Notes under the pieces: model-generated
Databases searched by the model: none
What the model was told of the DNA's origin: nothing
The model's input: the letters and a program-made list of their open reading frames with translations, nothing else
Position numbers and translations under genes: made by a program
In this document: positions 29,754 through 37,514 of the stretch, piece by piece
Layout: each line of letters begins with the position of its first letter
How positions within the stretch are numbered: the stretch's first letter is position 1
Assembly (NCBI GenBank): GCA_050950425.1
Contig: JBMNHO010000002.1
Span: 1,360,154-1,424,153, forward strand
Direction of reading: 5' to 3'
Source of the DNA: Oscillospiraceae bacterium
GTDB taxonomy: Bacteria; Bacillota; Clostridia; Oscillospirales; Oscillospiraceae
Length of the DNA: 64,000 nucleotides

Positions 29754-30845
29754 TTATCTTTTATAATTCTGCTCAAAAACATGAATGAACTCCGCGAGGG
29801 CGGCAACCCCCTCCGGCGGCATGGCGTTGTATATGGAGGCGCGCATCCCGCCCACGGAACGGTGCCCCTTCAAGCTGGCAAATCCGGCCTGGGCGGCTTG
29901 GGCGGCAAACATTGCGTCCAGCTCCGGGTCCTCGCTGCGGAAGGTGACGTTCATGTTGGATCGGGAGCCCTTTTCCGGCACCACGCGGAACAAGGAGCTT
30001 TGATCCAGACAGTCGTACAGAAGCGCCGCCTTTTCTTCGTTTCGCGTTTGCATGGCCTCCAGGCCACCCAGCTTTTCCACCCAGTCCAGCACAAGGCCGA
30101 GGATATAAATATTATAGCAGGGCGGGGTGTTGTACATGGAGTCGTTTTTGATCATGGTGGCATAGTCCATCATAACAGGGGTATGGGGGAGCGCCCTCCC
30201 GGCCAGATCATTTCGGATGATGACAACTGTTAAGCCGGCCGGCGCCATGTTCTTTTGGGCGCCGGCGTAAATCACGCCGTACTTGGACACATCCACCGGC
30301 TTTGACAAAATGTTGGAAGACATATCGCACACCAGAGGAACGGCGCCCGTTTCGGGGACATAATCCCACTCTGTGCCGTAAATGGTGTTGTTGGAACAGT
30401 AATGAAAATAAGACGCGTCGGGACTCAATTTCAGCTCGTTCTGGCGTGGAATATAGGTGTGTTTTTTATCTTTCGAAGAAGCGGCAATGTTGATGGTGCC
30501 GTATTTCTTGGCTTCCTCCGCCGCTTTGCCGGAAAAGCTCCCGGTTACGGCATAATCAGCGCTGCCGGTTTTGCCGATCAAATTCATAGGCACTGTGGCA
30601 AATTGCAGCGTGGCGCCCCCCTGGAGGAAAAGCACTTTATAGCTGTTCGGAATATTCATGACCCGCCGAAAAGAGGTTTGGACGCTTTCGAACAGGCGTG
30701 CATAGATATCGCTGCGGTGGCTCATCTCCATGACAGACATGCCAGATCCCCTGTAATTGCTCATTTCCGCGCTTGCTTGGCTGAGAACTTCTTCCGGCAG
30801 CATGGAAGGGCCTGCCGAAAAGTTGAAAATACGTGCGGTTCCCAT
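29754..30845 (-). CDS. serC: phosphoserine aminotransferase
   Basis: IFNFSAGPSMLPEEVL start region, class V aminotransferase body, YAGAQKNMAPAGL (PLP lysine); ATG 30845 preferred over GTG 30869. Confidence 0.9.
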   Translation of the reverse strand: MGTARIFNFSAGPSMLPEEVLSQASAEMSNYRGSGMSVMEMSHRSDIYARLFESVQTSFRRVMNIPNSYKVLFLQGGATLQFATVPMNLIGKTGSADYAVTGSFSGKAAEEAKKYGTINIAASSKDKKHTYIPRQNELKLSPDASYFHYCSNNTIYGTEWDYVPETGAVPLVCDMSSNILSKPVDVSKYGVIYAGAQKNMAPAGLTVVIIRNDLAGRALPHTPVMMDYATMIKNDSMYNTPPCYNIYILGLVLDWVEKLGGLEAMQTRNEEKAALLYDCLDQSSLFRVVPEKGSRSNMNVTFRSEDPELDAMFAAQAAQAGFASLKGHRSVGGMRASIYNAMPPEGVAALAEFIHVFEQNYKR

Positions 30846-31050
30846 TGTAATCAAAGCCCCTTTTCTCACTCGGGTTCACCCCGGTTTTTTATGCCTTTTG
30901 TATATGGTTTCCGTTTCTCGTAAAATCCTTGCGCCCATCCCTGCCAGGTGGCGTGAAAGACGGGAGACACAGGGGATATCGTTCATGCAGTTTGTGTCCT
31001 GGAAAAATTTTTATGAGAAAGAAATCAAAAAACATTGCCGTTTCATCATA

Positions 31051-31080
31051 ATATTGTAATATTATATCGGAAAAGACGGC
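31051..31080 (-). promoter_or_regulatory. promoter for serC-serA (about 200-nt leader)
   Basis: On - strand TTGACA (31080-31075), 18-nt spacer, TATAAT (31056-31051). Confidence 0.45.
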
Positions 31081-31214
31081 GCACTGTCAATGTTGAACAC
31101 GACAAAAAGAGTTCCTTTCGAATCCCTTTCCTTGTGGAAGTTGAAAACCTTCTAAAGTTACCAAAAAATTTTTCAAAAATTTTAAAATTTGTTATTAACT
31201 TTTTGTGCAATGTG

Positions 31215-31223
31215 TGTTACAAT
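31215..31223 (+). promoter_or_regulatory. extended -10 element (TGTTACAAT) that could start the hydrogenase leader
   Basis: TGnTAcAAT match at 31215-31223 in an AT-rich divergent region; no good -35 element. Confidence 0.3.
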
Positions 31224-31229
31224 GGCCAT

Positions 31230-32080
31230 GTTGAGGGCTCATCTGTGAAAGGAAATCGTATATAAGGAGAAACAGGAACCTTGTCGCAGAAGGAAAAAAC
31301 CAAATGCGATGTTTTGCCCGAGGCTTTTCGCACCCCCTTTTCTTTCTATTTTGATCATAAGAATGCCCAGAAATATTTGTTTGTGCGTTGACACAAATGA
31401 GAAGGCAGCAGCATGAAACGGGGCGCATACGCGCCGCTACATCAATGTTGCTGCTATGTGGCTTGTCCGCAGGATGGCGCGGCGGGAAACCACCGTGCTT
31501 GTATGCGGAATGCCAGTGCCAAATTCGGCTGTTAAGAAAAAGCTGTTTTTGGCGTTTGGCGAGTGACAAAACAGGCGAAAAGCGGGCCGGGAAGACCGAG
31601 GGAAAGCGGCTACATAAACGGCATTGAAAGAACCGGGCTTCAAAGGCAGCGGTTCCGTCGAAGCCGGGAAAGCGAAGGACACTGTTTAGAACAGATGCGT
31701 GAGAGAGGCAGGGCCTGTTGGCACAGACAGCCAGCAGGACTTCAGCCACCTGTCGGCGTTGTCTGCTCCAGGAAAACAGCGCAACGCCAAAACAGACAGA
31801 AAACGGCAGCGTATATTGTTTCGGATAGAACGGCGCAATGTTTGCGAATAAGCGGCACTTTTTTGCAAAAACAGAGTGTGTTCTTGGGCGATCGAAACGA
31901 TGTCTCGCCGTTGTGGGAGACAGCGCCCGCCAATCCAAAACCTGTTTTGAAAGAACGCCAGTATCGCCGACCGCTTCAGGATGGCAGGGGGGATGATTCT
32001 GACGAAGACAGGACGGTACATCTAGGTACGCCATTGAAGAGACTCTTAAAGCAACCATAGAAGAATGAGGAGGAAAAAGC
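31230..32080 (+). ncRNA. about 850-nt leader without convincing ORFs upstream of the hydrogenase operon; candidate structured RNA or decayed gene
   Basis: Only Arg/Cys/Pro-rich ORFs without a ribosome-binding site (RBS) on either strand; alternating GC stems and A-rich linkers, e.g. 11-bp stem 31404-31414/31445-31455 enclosing hairpin 31422-31435. Confidence 0.3.
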
Positions 32081-32557
32081 TTGAACGAACTATTTGACTA
32101 CACGGTGGCCGACAAAGTCATCGAAACGTATGGTGCGAAGCCCAGCTCCACCATTGCGATCCTGCAAGGGATTCAGGAAGAATACCGTTATTTGCCCAAG
32201 GAGATTTTCCCATATGTTGCCAAGAAAGTAGGGTTGAGTGCCGCGAACCTTTATAGTGTTGCAACCTTCTACGAAAACTTCTCTTTAGAGCCAAAAGGAA
32301 AATATGTCATTAAAATATGTGACGGTACCGCCTGTCACGTGAGAAAATCCACACCAATCTTGACCAAACTGAGGGAGGAGCTGAACCTGTCGGAGGACAA
32401 ACACACCACAGACGACCTCCTTTTCACTGTGGAAACAGTGTCCTGTCTGGGTGCCTGCGGACTTGCTCCCGTGCTTACGGTAAATGATAAGGTGTACCCG
32501 GCTATGACTCCGGAAAAAGCTGAGGAACTTTTGAATCAATTGAAGGGGGAAGCATAA
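32081..32557 (+). CDS. NuoE/HydC-like [2Fe-2S] subunit of NADH-dependent [FeFe]-hydrogenase
   Basis: Thioredoxin-like [2Fe-2S] motif ICDGTACH...SCLGACGLAP; TTG start with AGGAGG 7 nt upstream. Confidence 0.9.
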   Translation: MNELFDYTVADKVIETYGAKPSSTIAILQGIQEEYRYLPKEIFPYVAKKVGLSAANLYSVATFYENFSLEPKGKYVIKICDGTACHVRKSTPILTKLREELNLSEDKHTTDDLLFTVETVSCLGACGLAPVLTVNDKVYPAMTPEKAEELLNQLKGEA

Positions 32558-34443
32558 TGCAGACACTGACAGGCAGAGATGGTTTAAAGAAGCTTCGCGA
32601 AGACAGCCGCATCGCCCTGGAGGCAGAGAAGAAAAAAGTTCTTGTCTGTGCCGGTACCGGTTGCGTTTCCGGCGGTTCTTTGGAAATTTACGATAAACTG
32701 ATCGAATTGATGAAAGCGCAGAACATTCCTTGTTCTGTTGAGTTGGATTACGAGGAAACAACCCACCACGACACCGTTGGCATGAAAAAGAGCGGCTGCC
32801 ACGGCTTCTGCGAAATGGGTCCTCTGGTACGGATTGAGCCCCAGGGCTGGCTGTACACAAAGGTTAAGCTGGAAGATTGCGAGGAAATCGTCGAAAAAAC
32901 CATCATGCAGGGCGAACACATCGAACGTCTGGCTTACCAAAAGGGCGGCATTGTACGTCCCAAGCAGGAAGAAATTCCGTTCTATGAAAAACAAACCCGT
33001 CTGGTGCTGGAACACTGCGGCCACATTGACGCAGACTCCATCATCGAATATATTGCCATCGGCGGTTATTCCGCGTTGGAAAAGGCTCTCTTTGAGATGT
33101 CCGCTGACGACATCATCGGGCAGATTTCCGACTCCAACCTGCGCGGCCGAGGCGGCGGCGGCTTCCTGGCCGGCACAAAATGGGCGCAGGTGAAGCGCCA
33201 AAAGGCAGAACATAAATACGTTGTCTGCAACGGTGACGAGGGTGACCCCGGCGCGTTCATGGACAGAAGCATCATGGAAGGCGACCCCCATCGTATGCTG
33301 GAAGGCATGATCATTGCCGGTCTGGCTTGCGGTGCGGATGAAGGATATATTTATGTCCGGGCGGAGTACCCCATGGCCATTGCGAGACTGCGCAACGCCA
33401 TCAGCCAGGCGGAAGAGCTTGGTATTTTGGGCGACAACATTTTGGGAACCGGATTTAATTTCCACATACACATCAACCGCGGCGCCGGCGCATTCGTTTG
33501 CGGCGAAGGCAGCGCGCTGACCGCTTCCATCGAAGGCAAGCGCGGCATGCCCCGCGTGAAGCCGCCCCGTACAGTGGAGCATGGTCTGTTCTATTCTCCC
33601 ACTGTACTGAACAACGTAGAAACGTTTGCAAACGTTGCGCATATCATCCTGAACGGCGCGGACTGGTACAAGAGCATCGGGCCGGAAAACAGCCCGGGCA
33701 CCAAGGCGTTCGCACTGACCGGAAACATTGAAAACACCGGTCTGATCGAAGTACCCATGGGTACGACCCTCCAAGAAGTTATCTTTGGGGTCGGCGGCGG
33801 CATCCGTGACGGCAAAGAATTTAAAGCCGTCCAGATCGGCGGACCCTCCGGCGGCTGCCTGACCAAGGAGCATTTTGACCTGCCCCTGGACTTTGACTCT
33901 TTGAAAAAAGTGGGCGCGATGGTCGGCTCCGGCGGCCTCGTTGTTATGGATGAAGAATCCTGCATGGTAGAAGTGGCTCGTTTCTTCATGAACTTTACGC
34001 AGAACGAGTCCTGCGGCAAATGCGTTCCCTGCCGGGAAGGCACAAAGCGCATGCTGGAAATCTTGGAGCGGATCGTCAGAGGCGAAGGCGAAGAGGGCGA
34101 CATTGAGCTGCTGGATGACCTGGCCGACACCATTTCCTCCACTGCTCTTTGCGGCTTGGGCAAAACGGCTCCGAACCCGGTTAAGAGCACCATCAAATAC
34201 TTCCGGGATGAATATGAAGCGCATATCTTCGATAAAACTTGTCCGGCTGGCGTGTGCCGTAAGCTGAAAAGGATTTATATCGATCCTGATCTGTGTAGAG
34301 GCTGTTCCAAGTGCACCAAGACGTGCCCGACCAACGCCATTTCCGGTAAACTCAAAGAACCGTTCAAGATTGATCCGGCTGTCTGCATTAAATGTGGGGC
34401 TTGTATCAATGTATGTCCGTTCAATGCGATTAAGGAGGCTTAA
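32557..34443 (+). CDS. NuoF/HydB-like flavoprotein subunit (FMN, NAD(H), Fe-S)
   Basis: GRGGGGF (FMN/NADH site), ESCGKCVPCREG ([4Fe-4S] N3 motif), C-terminal 2x CxxCxxCxxxCP ferredoxin domain; start overlaps upstream stop (TAATG). Confidence 0.9.
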   Translation: MQTLTGRDGLKKLREDSRIALEAEKKKVLVCAGTGCVSGGSLEIYDKLIELMKAQNIPCSVELDYEETTHHDTVGMKKSGCHGFCEMGPLVRIEPQGWLYTKVKLEDCEEIVEKTIMQGEHIERLAYQKGGIVRPKQEEIPFYEKQTRLVLEHCGHIDADSIIEYIAIGGYSALEKALFEMSADDIIGQISDSNLRGRGGGGFLAGTKWAQVKRQKAEHKYVVCNGDEGDPGAFMDRSIMEGDPHRMLEGMIIAGLACGADEGYIYVRAEYPMAIARLRNAISQAEELGILGDNILGTGFNFHIHINRGAGAFVCGEGSALTASIEGKRGMPRVKPPRTVEHGLFYSPTVLNNVETFANVAHIILNGADWYKSIGPENSPGTKAFALTGNIENTGLIEVPMGTTLQEVIFGVGGGIRDGKEFKAVQIGGPSGGCLTKEHFDLPLDFDSLKKVGAMVGSGGLVVMDEESCMVEVARFFMNFTQNESCGKCVPCREGTKRMLEILERIVRGEGEEGDIELLDDLADTISSTALCGLGKTAPNPVKSTIKYFRDEYEAHIFDKTCPAGVCRKLKRIYIDPDLCRGCSKCTKTCPTNAISGKLKEPFKIDPAVCIKCGACINVCPFNAIKEA

Positions 34444-34446
34444 ACT

Positions 34447-36198
34447 GTGGAAAACAAAGACTATATGATCATTGACGGTAAGCAGGTGCCCATTGAAGGC
34501 GAAAAAAATGTATTAGAAATAGTACGTAAGGCCGGTATTGAGTTGCCTACTTTCTGCTATCACCCTGAATTGTCCGTTTTCGGCGCTTGCCGGATGTGCG
34601 TTGTAGAGACCAGCAGAGGCGCAATGGAAGCTTCCTGTTCGGCAGTGCCAAAGGCTGGCATGGAGATCTACACCAACACCCCGCGCCTTAGAAAATATCG
34701 CCGCGTGATTCTGGAATTGCTGCTGTCCAACCACTGCCGTGACTGCACAGCCTGCCAGAAGAACGGCCATTGTAAATTACAGGACTACGCCATGCAGTAT
34801 GGCGTGAGAAACTTCCGGTTTAAGAACATGAGAACCGAGCATGACATTGATGATTCTTCCCCCTCGATCATCAAAGATCAGAGCAAATGTATCCTCTGCG
34901 GCGAGTGCGTCCGTATGTGCAACGAAGTGCAGACGGTGGGCGCCATTGACCTGAGCAACAGAAGCTCCAAAGCGTCTGTCAGCACTTTCTTTGAAGAGCC
35001 TTTGGCAGAGTCCGGCTGCATTGCCTGCGGCCAGTGTGTTGTTGTTTGCCCCACCGGCGCTTTGATGGAAAGAGACGACACAGACGAAGTTTGGGCGGCT
35101 TTGGCAGACCCCAAAAAACACGTGGTGGTTGGCCCCGCGCCTTCCGTTCGCGCCACTTTGGGCGAATGTTTTGACTATGACATCGGCACCAACGTGGAAG
35201 GCAAAATGGTTGCCGCGCTGCGCAAGCTGGGCTTTGACAAAGTGTTCGACGTGGACACCGCTGCCGACTTCACCATCATGGAAGAAGGCACCGAGTTCTT
35301 AAACCGCCTGCAAAACGGCGGAACCCTGCCCTTGCTGACCAGCTGCTCCCCCGGTTGGATTAACTTTGTGGAACAGTATTATCCCGAGATGCTGGATAAC
35401 GTGTCCTCCTGCCGCTCCCCTCAAGGCATGTTCGGCTCCCTTGTGAAATCCTACTATGCGGAGAAGGTCGGCATTGACCCCAAGGATATCGTTGTGGTCT
35501 CCATCATGCCCTGTACTGCCAAGAAGTATGAGTGCAAGAGAGAAGAGATGCGTCTCGCCAACGGCGTGATGCCGGTGGATATCTCCATCACCACACGTGA
35601 ATTGGGCCAGATGATTGATCAGGCCGGCATTGACTTTAGGAATCTGGAAGAAGAAACGTTTGATCCGATGCTGGGCATTTCCACCGGCGCGTCCGTTATC
35701 TTCGGCGCAACCGGCGGCGTCATGGAAGCCGCTCTGCGTACCGTGGTTGAAATCGTGACCGGCAAAACGCTGGACAGCGTTGACTTCAAGGAAGTCCGCG
35801 GCATGGACGGCATCAAGGAAGCCACCTACGAGCTGCCCGGCAAAACCGTTCGCGTGGCGGCTGTTTCCGGCATAGGCAACACCCGAAAGGTGCTGGAAGG
35901 CATTAAGTCCGGCGAGCTGGACTATGACTTCGTCGAAGTGATGGCCTGCCCCGGCGGCTGCGTCAACGGCGGCGGCCAGCCGTATCAGCCCACTGCCTTC
36001 ACTGCCGAGGAATACAGAAACAGACGAGAGAGCCGTGCGGAAGGTCTGTATAGTCAGGATGTCAGCATGTCTCTGCGTAAGAGCCATGAAAACCCCATTG
36101 TAGACACTGTTTACAAAGAATATTTGGGCGAAATCGGCGGCCACAAAGCACATGAGCTGCTGCACACCCACTATACCGCAAACCCCAGATATAAATAA
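34447..36198 (+). CDS. hydA: [FeFe]-hydrogenase catalytic subunit HydA (group A, multimeric type)
   Basis: N-terminal [2Fe-2S] and F-cluster Cys motifs; H-cluster motifs IMPCTAKKYE and EVMACPGGCVNGGGQP; L1 reads TSCSPGW; GTG start with GGAGG upstream. Confidence 0.9.
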   Translation: MENKDYMIIDGKQVPIEGEKNVLEIVRKAGIELPTFCYHPELSVFGACRMCVVETSRGAMEASCSAVPKAGMEIYTNTPRLRKYRRVILELLLSNHCRDCTACQKNGHCKLQDYAMQYGVRNFRFKNMRTEHDIDDSSPSIIKDQSKCILCGECVRMCNEVQTVGAIDLSNRSSKASVSTFFEEPLAESGCIACGQCVVVCPTGALMERDDTDEVWAALADPKKHVVVGPAPSVRATLGECFDYDIGTNVEGKMVAALRKLGFDKVFDVDTAADFTIMEEGTEFLNRLQNGGTLPLLTSCSPGWINFVEQYYPEMLDNVSSCRSPQGMFGSLVKSYYAEKVGIDPKDIVVVSIMPCTAKKYECKREEMRLANGVMPVDISITTRELGQMIDQAGIDFRNLEEETFDPMLGISTGASVIFGATGGVMEAALRTVVEIVTGKTLDSVDFKEVRGMDGIKEATYELPGKTVRVAAVSGIGNTRKVLEGIKSGELDYDFVEVMACPGGCVNGGGQPYQPTAFTAEEYRNRRESRAEGLYSQDVSMSLRKSHENPIVDTVYKEYLGEIGGHKAHELLHTHYTANPRYK

Positions 36199-36211
36199 GC
36201 CCATTTTCCTC

Positions 36212-36250
36212 GATAGCAGGCGTTTCCAAGGAAACGTCTGCTATCTTTTT
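36212..36250 (+). terminator. intrinsic terminator after hydA
   Basis: 16-bp stem GATAGCAGGCGTTTCC/GGAAACGTCTGCTATC (one G-U pair) followed by TTTTT. Confidence 0.75.
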
Positions 36251-36342
36251 ATGAAACGAGAGACAAAAGGGAGGAAATGTGATAAACTATCTGCCAGGGC
36301 AATCGAGACTGCCCGAAAGAAACCAACGAATGGGTGGGATGA

Positions 36343-37335
36343 TTGATGAATCGTTCTGTGCGGGCGAGAAGCGGCGGGATGCTGCTTTTGACGGCACTGA
36401 TTTGGGGCGTGGCCTTTGTGGCCCAAAGCGTCAGCATGGATTATATCAGCCCCTTTACCTTCAATGCCGTGCGCAGTTTGATCGGCGGTGCGGTGCTGCT
36501 TCCCGGCATTGCCCTTTTGGATCGGCTGAACCGCAAAAGACAGCCGGGTCAGCAAAATGCCGATACCCAGATCTCGGGACATGGCGGGAAAAAGCTGATT
36601 GTCGGCGGGGTCGCCTGCGGGGTGGTGCTGGCGGTGGCCAGCTCATTGCAGCAGTTTGGCATTATGCAGACAACGGTTGGCAAAGCGGGCTTTATTACGG
36701 CGCTTTATATTGTCATTGTGCCGGTTTTGGGGTTGTTCTTTAAAAGGCGAGTGCCTCCTTTGGTTTGGCTGGGCGTTCTCGTCGCCACGGGGGGGATGTA
36801 CCTTCTTTGCATCACAGAATCTTTTTCCGTCGGAACGGGGGATCTGCTGATGGTGGCATGTGCCGTTTGTTTTTCCGTTCATATTTTACTGATTGACCAT
36901 TTTTCCCCGTTTGTGGATTGTGTGCGCATGTCCTGCATCCAATTTTTTACCTGCGGTGTATTATGCGCGATTCCCATGTTTTTATGGGAACATCCGCAAA
37001 TGCAGGACCTTTTCGCCGCCTGGGTGCCTGTTTTGTATGCGGGCGTGCTCTCCTGCGGGGTGGCGTATACGCTACAGGTGGTGGGACAAAAACACACAAC
37101 CCCCGTGGTGGCGTCGTTGCTGCTGAGCTTGGAATCGGTGTTCTCTGTGCTGGCTGCCTGGGTCATTTTGAGGGAGTCTCTCTCTTTGCGGGAGTTCTTG
37201 GGGTGTCTGATGGTTTTCTGCGCGATCGTTTTGGCCCAAGCGCCGGATTTCAAGCGGAGGGGCAGCCCGGAGGGCAGAAAAACGCTGGAGGGGGGGGACG
37301 CCGTTCAAACACTGGCATCCCAGCAGGGACGATGA
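36343..37335 (+). CDS. DMT-superfamily (EamA-like) transporter
   Basis: About 10 predicted TM helices in two repeated halves, typical EamA organisation. Confidence 0.85.
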   Translation: MMNRSVRARSGGMLLLTALIWGVAFVAQSVSMDYISPFTFNAVRSLIGGAVLLPGIALLDRLNRKRQPGQQNADTQISGHGGKKLIVGGVACGVVLAVASSLQQFGIMQTTVGKAGFITALYIVIVPVLGLFFKRRVPPLVWLGVLVATGGMYLLCITESFSVGTGDLLMVACAVCFSVHILLIDHFSPFVDCVRMSCIQFFTCGVLCAIPMFLWEHPQMQDLFAAWVPVLYAGVLSCGVAYTLQVVGQKHTTPVVASLLLSLESVFSVLAAWVILRESLSLREFLGCLMVFCAIVLAQAPDFKRRGSPEGRKTLEGGDAVQTLASQQGR

Positions 37336-37382
37336 AAAAAGCCCCGCCTTTCCTTGAAAGGATACGTTTGTCCGTTGGTATA

Positions 37383-37419
37383 AAACAGAGCCTTGACTTC
37401 GGTCAGGGCTCTGTTTTTA
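37383..37419 (+). terminator. intrinsic terminator after DMT transporter gene
   Basis: AAACAGAGCCTTGAC/GTCAGGGCTCTGTTT stem (one wobble pair), loop TTCG, T-run. Confidence 0.7.
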
Positions 37420-37514
37420 TGCCAACCTACCACAATTAGTAGCTATTAAAAGCGAGGTCTCCTCTTTAAAATAGGAATTAGAATGGGAGGGATTGTCATG
37501 TAGCAGAAAACAGA

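Noticed and set aside
30846-31050. Riboswitch in the about 200-nt serC leader
   Set aside because: I could not match it to glycine, T-box or other consensus cores, and it has only weak hairpins. I kept it as a plain leader.
31195-32058. 287-aa ORF on the - strand (plus 165-aa and 79-aa + strand ORFs) covering the region upstream of the hydrogenase operon
   Set aside because: The composition is Arg/Cys/Pro/Ser-rich, there is no Shine-Dalgarno sequence and no motif, and open frames occur on both strands, as expected by chance in GC-rich DNA. I treated the region as non-coding or decayed.
32584-34224. 546-aa antisense ORF inside hydB. Similar long antisense ORFs occur inside topA (6546-7799, 7905-9227), lysS, smc, leuS and pepP
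   Set aside because: These are classic high-GC shadow ORFs opposite genes with unambiguous motifs. They have low-complexity Arg/Gly/Pro/His-rich translations.
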